Assembly (NCBI RefSeq): GCF_021869535.1
Contig: NW_026262734.1
Location: 101,370,001-101,434,000 of the forward strand
Reading direction: 5' to 3'
From: Mytilus californianus
Taxonomy: Eukaryota
Length of the DNA stretch: 64,000 nucleotides
Below the pieces are notes generated by a model. That model saw only the letters and a list, made by a program, of their open reading frames with translations, was not told the origin of the DNA and did not search any database. This document shows, in pieces, positions 1 to 13,900 of the stretch. How positions within the stretch are numbered: position 1 is the stretch's first letter; the number at the start of each line of letters is the position of its first letter. Made by a program: the position numbers and the translations under genes.

Positions 1-66
1 GAAGAGATATATATGCATGTATGTATATGACCAAAAAGGACATAAAAATAATAACCAATATAAAAA

Positions 67-475
67 TAAGATGATGTAGTATGATTGACAATGAGACAAC
101 TCTCCACAAGAGACCAAACAACTATAGGTTACCGTACGGCCTTCAAAACTGAGTAAAACCCATACCGCATAGTCAGCTATAAAAGACCCCGAAATGACAA
201 ATGTAAAAAATTCAAACGAGAAAACTAACGGCCTGATTTATGAACAAAATAATGAACGAAAAACAAATATGATACACAGAAACAGACCACAACCACTGAA
301 TTACAGGCTTCTGACTTGGGACAGGCACATACAGAATGTGGCGGGGTTAAACTAGTTTGAAGGCGCTAACCCTCCCACTAACCTGGGACAGTGGTGTAAC
401 AGTACAACATAAGAACAAACCATAAAAATCTGTTGAAAAGGGCTTAGCTCATCAGATAGATACAAAGAAGACATA
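67..475 (+). repeat. Abundant dispersed repeat family R1 (GATGTGGTATGATTGCCAATGAGACAACTCTCC...)
   Basis: Further copies at ~4815-5070(-), ~6000-6345(-), 8221-8463(+) and ~35270-35430(+), with short heads at ~37600, ~43520, ~50085, ~50605 and ~53100. Confidence 0.85.
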
Positions 476-791
476 TGAGGCCAACTTAACTTTTTTAAAA
501 ACGTCAAAATGTATCAATACCCTACATTGAGCCAATAGAGTAACATTGACTTCCGTCTGGGCTGTACCAAACACCAGCAGTACCAGATAAAATTTAGTAT
601 TGTAAGGTAGATCGGGGATTTTTCACCATCTAGATGCGGAAAAATAGCAGAAAACAATATGTACAGATCTAATTTCTTTAATGAAGTATGGAAATTTTGA
701 GAAAGGAATGAAATTCATTTGAAAGTTTGTTTATCTTCATATTGTCTTAATGTTGTGACTTTTTTCAAATACAGATTCTTTTTATCTTATT

Positions 792-1656
792 CAAAGGAGA
801 GGGTCCGGTAGACTAATTTTGGCCTAAAATTTCAAGAACATCTGATGGAAGATCAATTAATTTATGTAAAAGATTTAAACTGATGTGGTCAATAAAGACG
901 CTCAAATTCAAGCTTAAATATTAAGACTGAACACAAGTGCGGCCACTTCCATTTTAGACAAAAACCGTCTAATAATTAGCACAAATGGGTCAATATCCCT
1001 TATGCGTCTCAAATTGAGGAACACAAAAGTTGTGCGTAAACAAAAAATCTCTGTGTAGTGATATTGGACATGTTTCTATTTTTAACAAGTGACTGAGCTT
1101 AACCATTTGTGTTGATTTGAAAAGTAAAGGACCATAAAATAAATGTGTAAAAACTATGCAATTATTAAATGTATGCAAAGTATTAAATTTTCAAAGAACT
1201 TATTGTGTGAAAAAAGGGATTTTTTACCACCAAGAGCCGCATCACAAAAGGATTTTCGGGGTGTGCTAATTTACGGAAAAAAGAATCACACTTCGTACCC
1301 CGAAAATTTAACCACATATGTGAAAATGTTTCAGCTTCGAAATGAGCCATCATGCATATCCAAGTTTACGATATGGACTGTGCTACAGAGGAAAACATTA
1401 CCATTACCGCCTGTGTAAAATCAATTACGCATATTGCCCCAAATGCTAAAATTGTGAGGATTTCAGTAATTTTGAAGAAATTAATGATCCTAGTACCTGG
1501 TGCCTGTGCATTGCATTGTAAAAAAAAACCACCCATATTTATTTAACAAAAGTATTCTTCTTTCCAAAAATAGTTAAAAATTTACATTTTTAACAAATTT
1601 GTAAAAATGCTATATTTTTGGGGCCAAAAAGACGCATTACCGGACTTACTCCTTTG
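792..1656. mobile_element. Non-autonomous TIR element
   Basis: Imperfect TIRs CAAAGGAGAGGGTCCGGTA..TTTTGGCC and GGCCAAAAA..TACCGGACTTACTCCTTTG. Confidence 0.6.
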
Positions 1657-2974
1657 TCTCAACTTAACCACGTAGGGGAGATAACTGATAATTTTAATTT
1701 ATACAGGAATTAATAGTAAATTTAAATTATTTTTTTTTTTGTAGAAAGAGAACAAATAGGATGACCCAAGTTTGTTCATTCTGAAAACACATTATAAATC
1801 TCTTCTTAAACTTACTTTTAGAATTCTTTTATTTAGTTTTCTTTCGGCTATTCACACAAAAGTGGGTTATCCGTGTACACTATATACATGATATACCTAA
1901 TCTACTAATTTTACACATCCATGTATCTTGAAGCTAATGTCTTTGACAAATATGTTTTATTATATTTTTGAAATTTACATAAAAAAATTGAAATTCTATC
2001 ATTTTATTTAGCCATCCCCCCTTTTTCCCCCATGCAACCTGCCAATCAATATACCTTATTCTCTCAATTGTATGCAGGTTCCCACTTCCTTTCTGAAGAT
2101 GTGATATCAACAGTATATTCATGGTGGCTTTTGATCTACAATAAATTAGAGGCAGATATTCTTTCAATTTTCTGAGGCTCATGAAAGTGGATAGAGGGGA
2201 GCTTATGTCATGTATGTTAAACAAAGAACAGCAAATTGTCATGCATAAGTTTAAGTCATTAAAATTGACATACTCTGTACTCCACAACAGGTAACGACAA
2301 CACTTCAATTTCCTGGGTTAGAGTGTATCTTTGAGTATATATTTGTAAATCTCTTTCTATTAGCCATCACAATACGGAACTTATCTATTTTCTGTCGAAT
2401 TGAGGCCTGTTAATACACTGCATACACATACAACATGTACAACATGTACAATATGTGTTTGACATTATAAATATTTCAACTAATATGTATAAGTTACTTA
2501 TGGAAACGCTGTAATTATTATAACAATATCAAAATGAATATCTGTGGATTTGATAACAATGGCAGCAGGTCAAGAGAGATAACAATATTGCATGACCTAG
2601 TCTGGCCATACATGACCATAATGACGGAACACCAAAAATTATTGTACTTATTCACATACTTCATTGTATTCTTACCAGTCACACGTATTTATCCATACTG
2701 TTTTTGTTCGTCCCACTTAAAGAATATAATGGATACTGGGTTACATGAGACAGAGTCCTCCAAAGTTGTTGCGGTAAACATTGAAAACGAAAGTGAAACT
2801 AACCGGAAACGCCCACTACCTACATAACATCTAAATAAAAGACGGACATTTTCTTTTAGCTTCCGGAGGCTTGACAGTTGGTTTAATAACAATTTAACTT
2901 TTTGATTGAAGTTCATGTGGTGTGATTTAAATGTATTGAATTAGGCGTGGCGAAAAATAGCATAAAATCATCAT

Positions 2975-3525
2975 TAAAATTGAAAATGGAAACGAGAGAC
3001 AACAACCCGACCAAAGAGCAGAAAACAGCCCAAGGCCACCAATGGGTCTTCAACACAGCGAGAAAATACCGCACCCGGAGGCAGGCTTCAGCTGGTCCCT
3101 AAATGAAAATGTGTAATAGTTCAGAGAAAATGGACGTCACACTAAATTCCGAAACATATAGATGAACCAAAATTAGAAAAACATACAAGACTAACAAAGG
3201 TCAGAGGTTCCTGACTTGGGACAGGCGCAAAAATGCGGCGGGGTTAAACATGTTTTGTGAGATCTCAACCCTCCCCTATACCTCTAGCCAATGTAGAATA
3301 AACAAACACATAAAAATACGCACAGTAGAACTCAGTTTAAAGGAAGTCCGAGTCCGATGTTAGAATAGGTAACAGAAGAAACTAAGCAAAATCACAATGA
3401 TAACATAAATAAACTAACAGTTACTGACATGCCAGCTCCAGATCTCAATTAAACTGATCTGATTAAAAGATTATGTCTTCATCGTATGAAAATCAAGCAA
3501 AATCCCTCCTGTTAGGGGTGCATAG
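2975..3525 (+). repeat. Dispersed repeat related to R1 (…GAGACAACAACCCGACCAAAGAGCAG…)
   Basis: Reverse-orientation copies at ~39140-39790 and ~45040-45670. Confidence 0.8.
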
Positions 3526-5416
3526 ATTCTTGTTGTCGAAATATTTCAGAAAAAACCCCCATCTTTTTACTTTATATTTGTAGCAACTCCCAATACCTCC
3601 AGATGCATAAAGCTAGGACTCGTTATGACTCTATATTAAGTTCTCGATTAAAAAGGAATTACGTAAATCGAATGACGTATATATCCAACGCAATCATAGG
3701 TTTGAACGTTGTTTTCAATTTAGACTTGTTAATATATATATATATATATACAGAAATAATTATGAACAAATTTTGTATGTACGGAATTCGATTTCAGTAT
3801 ATATATAAACGGAATTCTTTATGTATATACGAAATGTGATTTACGCATATATGTAAATCGAATTTCGTATATAAATAAATCAAATTCCGTATATACAAAA
3901 TTATTTCTGTATATACGTAATTAGATATATATAGATTCTACCACTGCATCGAGTGTGATACGATATTTATCCACTCGAGACAGTTAAATTTTCAAATTTA
4001 AAACGCGAGGCTCGCCGAGCGTTTTAAATATTTAAAATTTAACTGTCGAGAGTGGATAAATATCGTATTACACGAGATTTGGTGGTGGAATCTGTTTCTC
4101 TAATGATTTTCAAACAATACGCAGGCAAATGTATTCCTTCTTTTCGAATGATCTGCAAAAAGATGTGTTCTTTCTATGTGACGTCATCAGGCATGGTCGC
4201 CTTTTTTCATGCCGTCACAATAGGAAATTCAGAGGAAAGCAAGAAAATTCGACGTCATAATCGGATTTTAACCAATGAAGAACTGAGATCATACGAACCA
4301 CACGTTGATTAATTTTTTTTTATACAATGGGTGCAGAAAGGGATAAATTGACGAAGAATTAGAGAAATGTATATACGGAATTATTTCTGTATATACGTAA
4401 TTCTTTTTCTCTATATACGGAATTATTTATGTATATATACATAATTCGATTTTTGTATATACGTAATTCGATAAACGTGTGTACGTAATTATTTTTGTAT
4501 AAACGTAAATCGAATTATGTATATACGCAAAAAGTATTGTTGACCTTGATTCCGCGCCACACTTTCCAATGACAGTAAGACTGAAGTAATAATCAGTCAA
4601 AATATTCAATTTAAAGTATTATGTAATGTTGTTTATGTAGATTTAGAATTAAAAACATCATAGTTATTCGAATATCATTTATAAACACTGAATTTAATTT
4701 ATGTAACAGAAAATAGTGCAACGATTACAACTATTGTTAAACAACAACAACAACACATAGCTGTGTATAATCTCAATTCATTTAAAATCTTCCACAGAGT
4801 AAAAGTTTAAAAATAAATAATGAATGTCGTTTGTTGTTGTATATCATATTTGTTTTTCGTTCATTGTTTTGTACATACATTAGGCCGTTTGTTTTCTTTT
4901 TTGAATTGTTTTTACATTTGTCATTACCGGACCTTTCATAGCTGACAATGCGGTATGGATATTGCTCATTGTTGAATGCCTTATGGTGACATATAGCTGC
5001 TAACTTCTATGTCATTTGGTCTCTGGTAGAGAGTTGTCTCATTGTCATTCATACCACATCTCCTGTTTTTTTTTATGTTCTTATTTTTATACTTGACGAA
5101 TCTCATGAGTTTTGGGGTACGTAAAAGTGTCGTCAACAAATTTCTATAATAAATATAATTGAAAAAGGCGAGCAAGCATTCAATAACCTCGTATTTTTTA
5201 AATTTGTTAAATGATATGTATATTATTTTAAACAAAGAAAAACACCTTAAAACAAAAGTTTGATATATGTACAAGATAGTGTACTGCCTTACATTACGAT
5301 CGACGCACACGAATAAACAACAATAATATATCAATCTTGTTTATAAACATTTACTTTTAAAAGAAACAATGATAAAATATATAAGTTTAGAAATTACATT
5401 ACTATTTGGATGTTAA

Positions 5417-7266
5417 ATGGACAAAAAGAATGAACAGGTATGATTTTCTCTCTCTCTTTATATACGTTTACTTATATGATCACCTTAACGGCTATTCATT
5501 TTTTTTCAAAGCTTATCGCAGATACGTTAATTGTCCTTTAATTTAATTTCTATATATACATTATGTGTAGTGCACATTATTATATACATTAGCAAGCCAA
5601 CTCGTCACATTCCTGTTATTCAAGTTGGACCTCTATACCTTGAAACCAATCACTAATTAAAAAATCTATCTCTTATTGCAGACTTTTTATGGATAAACAA
5701 GCCATGTTTTTGACTCCACTTATATAGTAATGCTTAAAAATTTACTTGTATTTTACTGTGTAGATAGAAGTATTTGTTGTTTTCATGTATATTTTCTTGA
5801 ATTACTTATAACTAAGATCTTATGACTAAGAAGAAAAGTGTCTTGTTGTTCAGTGCATGTTTTTTTTTGTTAAGCTTTGCGACCGTTTCTTTTCCTTTTA
5901 TATAAAGCCTCGGTAGTATGTCATAAGAGTGGTCTACAGTGATCCTTTCGAGCTGGCAAAACTTAGACTTAAAAATATTCATACTGCTACGGCACTGTCC
6001 CAGGTTAGGAGGAGGGTTGGCACCTTCAAATTAGTGTAACCACGCCACATTCTGTATGTTCCTGTCCCAAGTCAGGAGCCTGTAATTCAGTGGTTGTCGT
6101 TTGTTACTGTTTATCATATTTGTTTTTCGTTCATTATTTTCTACATAAATTAGGCCGTTAGTTTTCTCGTTTGAATTGTTTTACATTTGTCATTTCGGGG
6201 CCTCTTATAGCTGACTATGTGGCATGGGTTTTGCTCATTGTTGAAGGCCGTACGGTGACCTATAGTTGTTAATTTCTATATCATTTGGTCGTCTCTTATG
6301 GAGAGTTGTGTCATTGGCAATCATACCACATCTTCTTATTTTTATATATATCTGTTATATACATATAATTACACAAAATATTGAAATGAAATAATTGCAA
6401 TTTCCTTTATCTGAGGAATAACATTCTTCTGGAAAATGTACATATCAAAGTTTATTTGTTTTATTTATTTTTGTTTATTTGAAGCATTCTTTGATATCTT
6501 GTAGCATGGATTACCATCAGTTATCAACCTCAATGTAGGAGGGTATTTCTTCACAACGAGGCTTTCGACATTGCGAAAATATGAAGACTCCATGCTTGCA
6601 GCCATGTTTAGTGAAAGATACACACTAGACAAAGACAAAGATGGAAATTTCTTTTTGGATATGGATGGAAGTAGATTTAAGCACATACTTAATTACCTCC
6701 GCAATGAACAACATCTTCCGCCGCGTAATATTGCACAGGAAGTTTTGGCAGACGCTACATATTTAGGCATAAACGCACTTGTTGACCAAATTAGGTCACT
6801 TGATCATGACTGGGAAGATGTTCGCAATTCTGTTCCATATTATTCAGAAATGAAAGAAAAAATCATTAAACTAGGCGAGACAGTTGATGCCCACTCCGAA
6901 ATACCGCCATCTTGGAAATTTCACCCACATGTGATTCTTGACTTCATCATAGATGATGGTTTGCGGATAAATCAAGATCTTTATCAGAAAAGCAGAAGAA
7001 TTCTAAGACAAGGCAACATTGAAATTAACTGTCCTACTTACGAGGACGCCGTTGCTCTTGCTGGTTGCCTTTACAAAGACATTCTTAACGATGGCTACAA
7101 CGTAAAAATCGAAGAATTATTTCCCTGCTCTGGACAAGTCTGCAGTGATCAGCCGGTTTCAGAGATCAGCAGTACACTTTCATCAGATGAAAATATAGAA
7201 GTGTACACAAACTTCCGTTTTATGCTCATATTTGATTGGAAAAAATTTCCTTCCACTGAATTATAA
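5417..7266 (+). CDS. KCTD7-like: KCTD7/KCTD14-like BTB/POZ (T1-type) domain protein, join(5417..5437,6505..7266)
   Basis: Exon 2 follows acceptor ttgtag at 6504 and reads HGLPSVINLNVGGYFFTTRLSTLRKYEDSMLAAMFSERY...FFLDMDGSRFKHILNYLR...VPYYSEMKEKII. This closely parallels the KCTD7 BTB (VPLNIGGAHFTTRLSTLRCYEDTMLAAMFSGR) and its following MPYYK motif. Stop TAA at 7264-7266. Short exon 1 (ATG 5417, MDKKNEQ, donor gtatga at 5438) joins in phase 0 but is less certain. Confidence 0.85.
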
Positions 7267-7570
7267 ATACAAATGTTTCAAAACGCATTTTCTTTTAACT
7301 AGTTTTATATCTTAACAAATTATCACAAAATAACGTGATATAGAAAAGGGTGTCCTAAAAAAGCAAAATTCTTATGAAAATGAAAGAAGCAGAACAATGA
7401 TATCAACATGATGAAGGAAATGTAGGGTAAACGTCAACACATCTAGAAGCCAAGTTACCGCACTAGTATTCAACAACAGCTCTCGTTTTAATATGTCTAT
7501 TATGAACTATAATGCCTCTTTGTTTATTGAAGCCTCTGTTTTGTCGTTGAGGTCAATCTCTTATAACATT

Positions 7571-7820
7571 TGAACTGCGTCGAATCGAAATCGACCTTAT
7601 GCAAGTGCACGTATACATGTACATTTATAAGACTTTGATATATTTAGGAACATTCAAATACGAAATAAAAGATGAGTGTTTGTCTGTTTGTAGGGTTCTT
7701 TTATTAATTCAATTTTCAAACAGTTACATATTTTGCATAGAGATTTTTTCAACCCAAAATAAGTTAACAGATGTATAGATATTCATTTGCATAAGGTCGA
7801 TTTCTATCCGACGCGGCTCA
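7571..7820. mobile_element. ~250-bp MITE; second copy at 33724-33970
   Basis: TIRs ..GTCG(G/A)AT(A/C)GAAATCGACCTTATGCAA and TTGCATAAGGTCGATTTCTATCCGAC in both copies, with similar interiors. Confidence 0.8.
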
Positions 7821-8464
7821 TTTTTTGTTTTTGCTTATTCAGGATTTCATTTCTGTGTCTGATAAATCCAATCAAAACTAAGCCATACACTGCCTTACCA
7901 TAACCTGTATCCATAACAGCAACGATTTGACTTGACTTGTATATACAAAAAAATTACAATCATCTCCAAAGTTCTTTAATTGCTTGAATATGTGAAATTT
8001 CCGAGACCGACAGAAAAGTTCAATGGAATTGAGTCCCAGATAAACAAACGGATCATACGAAATCAACAAGATCATCTCCTAAATAATAAATCTGAATCTT
8101 TTATCTTTTTGATCGAAAAAAAAATCTGGATGGTAGCAAGCTGTTATAGTGTTTCTTTGCAAGAGATATAAATTGAGGGGGAAATTGGTACTTCTTTTTC
8201 TATTTGATTCAATTCATTAGATATAAAAAAGAAGATGTGGTATGATTGCCAATGAGACAACTCTCCACAAGAGACCAAATGACACAGAAGTTAACAACTA
8301 TAGGTCACCGTACGGCCTTCAACAATGAGCAAAGCCCATACCGCACAGTCAGCTATAAAAGGCCCCGAAATGACAATGTAAAACAATTCAAACGAGAAAA
8401 CTAACGGCCTAATTTATGTACAAAAAATGAACGAATAACAAACATGTAACACATATACAAACGT

Positions 8465-9270
8465 TTATTTCATTACGAAGTAAACAAAATATAGATGATA
8501 CAGTTGTGTCTTTTTAGATATTAATACAGTACACCCCAGGATCCTTCTAGTATACACTGTCTGTATCACTCTGCTCAGCTCTTCATCAAATTGCATATCA
8601 TGGCTTTGTGATATCAAATTCGTTGACCCGGCCTTTTCTAAAATAACTTTGATCCGGACATATCACCGATGTCATAATGGATGAACCGACGTTGACAAGT
8701 TTGACCCGAACTTATCAAGTCATCTTCGGTTTGCTCGTGAAACAAAGACAAACACTTGTTTCTATTATACAAGATACACAAATACAATCCGAATAATCGA
8801 TTATCAGAACAAGAACTTGTTCATCATATTTATATTGAGTTCACTCGACAAAAAAGCTTCATATTGTGACTCGCAGCTAATATTTTACATTATCGGTGAT
8901 CCCACTGTCTGTATCACTCTGCTCAGCTTTTTCTATTTGATTCAATCCATTAAGTTTATTTCATTATGAAGTAAACAAACTATAGATGTCATGATACTGT
9001 TGTGTCTTTTCAGATATTAATCCAGTACACTCCAGGATCCTCCTAGTCTGTATCACTCTGCTCAGCTCTTCATAACATTCCATATATCATGGCTTTGTGA
9101 CGTCAAATACGCTAACCTGGCCTTTTAAATAACTTTGACCCGGACATATCACCGACGTCATAATGAATGCACCGATGTTGATAAGTTTGACCCGATATGA
9201 AGCCTTTTTGAACCCGTTTGCAGCGCTCAATCGACAAAAAGCTTCATGTTGAGACTCGCAGTTGATATTT
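8465..9270 (+). repeat. Local direct duplication of ~300-450 bp
   Basis: GAAGTAAACAAA..TAGATG..TTGTGTCTTT.AGATATTAAT.CAGTACAC...GGACATATCACCGA occurs at both ~8478 and ~8968. Confidence 0.85.
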
Positions 9271-10800
9271 TACAATATCAATATGCAGACATGTAGAATA
9301 ACCATACATTGTTTCGAAATTTTATTTGTACAAGGCTAAGAAACAGGTAGAAAGCGAAGCTCTGTCGAGCATTTCTATCCTGTTTTGAGCCGAGTACAAA
9401 TAAAATGTACATTTCGAGACAATGTATGGTAATTTTTTTATAAACTGCAACTCCTACAACTGTTCCAAATAAAATATTTAGGGTAAAAAACCATCATTTT
9501 TCAATTCGGAGCGAACGACGTAAAAATTCCGCGAACCTGTACTTTTAATGACGTCATAAATAAAACTCTACGCAAACGCATTGTCAAACGTCATAAACAA
9601 GGCGATATACGGTTAGTGACTGTATATCACAAATGATTATACGGTCAATGCAATTTGATTGCGCAAATAGCACAGCTGCAGTAAATAACCTGATAATCGA
9701 TACATATCAATATGCAGACAACCTGATAACCGGTACATTTAAGGAATGACTGTAATATTTGTTCTGTCTATGAAGAAATAACCTAAAAAATGTGGTGCAC
9801 ACTAAATAACCCGCGTAGCTAAAACGTAAATTCCGTTTTTAAGGAGTAAATTTTGAAAAAAAAACGTTGGTGACGTCAAGGTCACATGACAAAATTATGT
9901 CTATGAGCTGATAGACAAAACACTGTCAGCCAATCAGAAGACGTCTTACATCCAAAATTAAATTATATCTGGATATCTTCATTTCTACTTCAGAATGCCT
10001 ATTTCTACTAGATTAAAGGATTTTGATCAAATTCCAATTTGTTCTGTGAAAAACCACCAAAGATACCAAGCTTCTAATTTTGTACGCCAGTCTCGTGTTT
10101 CGTCTACAAGAGACTCGTATTAGTGGTGCTCGAATAAACATAAGTTAATAGGCCAAATAGAGTACAGAGTTGAAGAGTCTTGAGGACCAGAAATCACGAA
10201 AGGTTTTACCAAATACAGCTGAGGTAATCTATTCCTGTGGTAAAATATCCGTAATCATGGTAATATTCAAAATTCAAATACAAAGTTTTGTAAACAATTA
10301 ATTTATTTATATTACCATATCAAAGATAAATAAGGTCATCGGAGAAATGCTGACTACTGGACTAGTGTAACATGTACCTTATCATCAAACAGAAAAAAGC
10401 CAACAACAAAAAAGCAGTAAAAATACGTATACGCTTAAGGAATGACGATTTATGAAACCAAAATTATAATAAATTGTGTTCGCACCAAATTTACGTTTTT
10501 TTAACATAAAACAACGTGTTGTATCACAACGTGCATGATATTTATACGAGTGACATTTCAAACATGCTTATTTACGCATTTTATTATTTTGACCTTTCAG
10601 TTTTTTACTTTTCTAGTGTTAAAGGGTTGATTCTTGTCTCCGTGACAATAACCTGACGTCTCGTTAAAATTTTATTCTATTTTGATGTAATTAGTCAATT
10701 TTTAATTTTTGTTTTGTATTTGTTCGTATATACTATATATGTATGTATGCTTTCTTTTTTCACATTTGACATTTACGAAAGAATTTACTTTACATTTAAT

Positions 10801-10880
10801 GACAAAACATGATATTGTTCTCGTAATTAACCATCTATCATAGCCAGTTTTATCCGTCTTAAACTGACATAAAACATCTT
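10801..10880 (+). promoter_or_regulatory. Conserved upstream block of gene A (paralogous block at 32963-33040 for gene B)
   Basis: A: GACAAAACATG...TTAACCATCTATCATAGCCAGTTTTATCCGTCTTAAACTG. B: GACAAAACATG...TTAACCATCTATCATAGTCAGTTTTATCTGTCTTAAACTG. The block lies ~60-140 nt before each ATG. Confidence 0.5.
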
Positions 10881-10938
10881 TTAATAAAACTGTAAACAAA
10901 TTTACTCATTATACCAACAAAATCGTTGCGGAGGAAAG

Positions 10939-13900
10939 ATGCATAAATTTGTTGTCCTATGTGTCTTGGTTATAGTTTCAACTTGCATAGCACAGAAGAC
11001 AAAAGGACGACCAAAGATTGTCGTTAAACCTAAAGGTAAGACAACTATATTATGAACCTGAATCGCTAACCTGACAAATTCACCCGAAGTTGCTAACAAG
11101 AAAAAAGAACCTCTGGTAAATTGAAATTGAATGTCCTTGTTTTTATCAATCCCCAATGATTCGAAACTCACGCATTGTAGTTTGATAGAAGATTTTTGAA
11201 ATTGACCAATGAGATTCCAAAATTGAATCTGTTGGACACGTTTTTCATCCGATCAAATTTAAACGAGGATCTTTTGCAGAAGACCTTCTATCATATATCA
11301 TGTCCGCGAAGTTTGCTAAAATGCCAGACGCGGTTTCAGAGAGGAAGATGATAATGCTGAATGAATTCTGTACAGAAATATATGCGTTTCAAAAGTAGAC
11401 TTCACCTTCAATGAGTGTACGTGGTTTTGGAATACATAGCTGTTTCAGGACGTCCAAAATAATTCTGTCGAGGCTCTTTGATACTAACTTATTCAAAACA
11501 TGGTTGGAAAAAAGTAAAAGGTCATGCCGATTTATGATAATATTATTAACACTGAAATTGGTACTTTCCAATTCGGTGTACTGGAACTATTAAACAAAGA
11601 TATAAGTTTAATGACGAGTTAGAATAATATGTCTACTTTAAATACGAGTGTAGCTTTAAAATCTAAAATTATGATATTTCAGACAAATAAGAGAGATTCC
11701 TTTCTGCAATTTTTTAGTTTTGTTTTATTGTTTTTTGCTGAAACCAAAGGACGATTTTATGAATCCGTTCCACGGTTTTGGTCTTGTGATTCACCCGTTC
11801 AAAAGAAGGGAGTATATTGTTTTACCTCTGTCTGTTCGTATATCATTCCGTAACAATTGGGGGGGGTTGTAGTTTTTTTTTCTTTTCTTTCTCTGTTGTA
11901 TTTGTATTTGTTTTGTTTAATATTTTGTTAATTTTTTTATGGTTTATTGTTGGTGTTTTGGATCATTTTTTTCTATTCATTTAATTATTCATAATTCAAT
12001 GATGTAAATATTTTTAGGAATTTCAGTCAACACAGATATTGAGAAGTGTCGAACTTGTAGCCGGTATTTTAAAGGAGACAACAGGCAGCTGTGTAACAAT
12101 TTGTTTTGCAGTAGTAAGGTTTTAATGATAATCTTTTAAGAGTAACATGCATATATAAAATTTTGGATTGAAACAATAATTTTAAAAGATTATGAGTTCA
12201 GTCGCTTGTGAAACCATTCTACTTAAACTGGTCAGGGCTTTTGATAGGACGCCAGTTTATAAAGGCGTGGTAAGAAGTCACTGAATGGTCTCCAATAAGA
12301 TTTCCTATTTGAAAAATTATGTTTGTAAAAGTTTGGGGCATGTTAACGTTATGAGTCGTAAAATAGATTCGCAATTTTATGGACTCTATTCATAATGACG
12401 TTGATTTCGATAACTTGCTCTGTAAAAACTGAGATGCAATCGAGTATAAATCATTAGAAAAAAAATGAAAACAACACGTTATAAATTACATGCGTTTGAA
12501 GCGCTTTTCTGGATTTACCATCATCAGGAACGCTCAAAGCCGAATATTAGAAAGCCAAGGATGTATAAGAACCGAAGCAGTTGAAGAGTTGTATGACCAA
12601 AAAGGACCTAAAAAATTACCAAATCAATCTAAGGTCAACTTTGCCTGAGGGAATTGAAACCTTAGTTTCTTTATAATTTAAAATTTCATAAACGGACAAT
12701 TTTAGAAAGGTTTGTTATGAATCATGTCAGTACCGAAGCACTTACTAATGAGCTGATGATACCCTCAGGGACTACTAGCAGAGGTATCGAACCAGTGCTG
12801 TAAAAAATGAAAATAACAAGTTATAAATTTCATGCATCCGAAGCGCTTTTCTGGATTTACCTTCATCAGGAACGCTTAAAGCCAAATATTTAAAAGCCAA
12901 GAATGTATAAGAACCGAAACAGTTGAAGAGCTATATGACCAAAAAGGACCTAAAAAAATTACCAAATCCATCTAAGGTCCACTTTGCCTTAGGGAGTTGA
13001 AACCTTAGTTTTTTTATAATTCAAAAAATTATAGAAGTTTGGTTTGGTATAACCTGTATCAATTATAGCAACTAGATAGCAAATATTTCTATAAATGCAT
13101 AGTCTGTTTCTTATTTTCACAGAAGACAAAGCCAGAAAAAACTTGAAAAGTCCTCAAATATGCAGTTCGTGTACTAGAAAGTTTACAATCCTGAAGAAAC
13201 AACAGACGTGTAAGGAAGTTTTCTGTGCAGGACCTAGTATGTATAATACATTTCTGTTGATATGATATAAATGGCATATATCTTCATTTTACGGTTTGGT
13301 TTGGGATGGAGGTTTGAAACGCTCAATCTCAAAAATTAAAAGCCAAGGATTATGAGTACAAAACACGTAACGAGCTATATGACTTTAAACAAATGTAAAA
13401 AAAAGTAAATATATCTAAGGCCAATTTTGTCTGAGGGAATTGGAGACTAAGTTATCTGATAATGTCATAATTTATCAACAAATAATATAAGACAATTTTA
13501 TTATAAATCTTGTCAGTCCCGGAAGTGTATAATTTTTTACAATTATAACTAATGAGAATCACAATGATATAAAACATTCACCTACAATAGTAGTCACGTA
13601 CCTTTAGTCAATAAGGTTATTATCCTAGGAAATGAGAAAAAAAAATGTTGCTTGTTTGTTTTAGTTTAGATTCACTGGTTGCTCCAATTTTAGAAAATAA
13701 AATCCAAGCCTCAAATTATTCCTGACCGTTTTATATCATGCTAATCTATGAATGCAGCTTTAGATACATTATATTTCTCTTCAACAACACTTATCTAAGC
13801 TATAGGAATTGATTTTTTTTGTACTTTGACTGAAACACTGAAAACCGAAATCATATAGTCTCTGATTCGTTTGTTGAGTCTAGATATGTTGTTAGATAGT

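Noticed and set aside
2710-2940. Possible hAT/TTF-type transposase N-terminal remnant (RRTFSFSFRRLDSWF...MWC)
   Set aside because: Stops interrupt it, no matching TIRs or catalytic region were seen, and the similarity is too weak to call.
7880-7945. Minus-strand IVAVMDTGYGKAVY resembling a helicase Walker A (RecQ/Academ-type)
   Set aside because: An isolated short motif with no supporting frame on either side. Could be chance.
8510-8700. Acceptor-like gtgtctttttag followed by an open frame in the local duplication
   Set aside because: The second copy is frameshifted, there is no recognisable protein and no partner exons.
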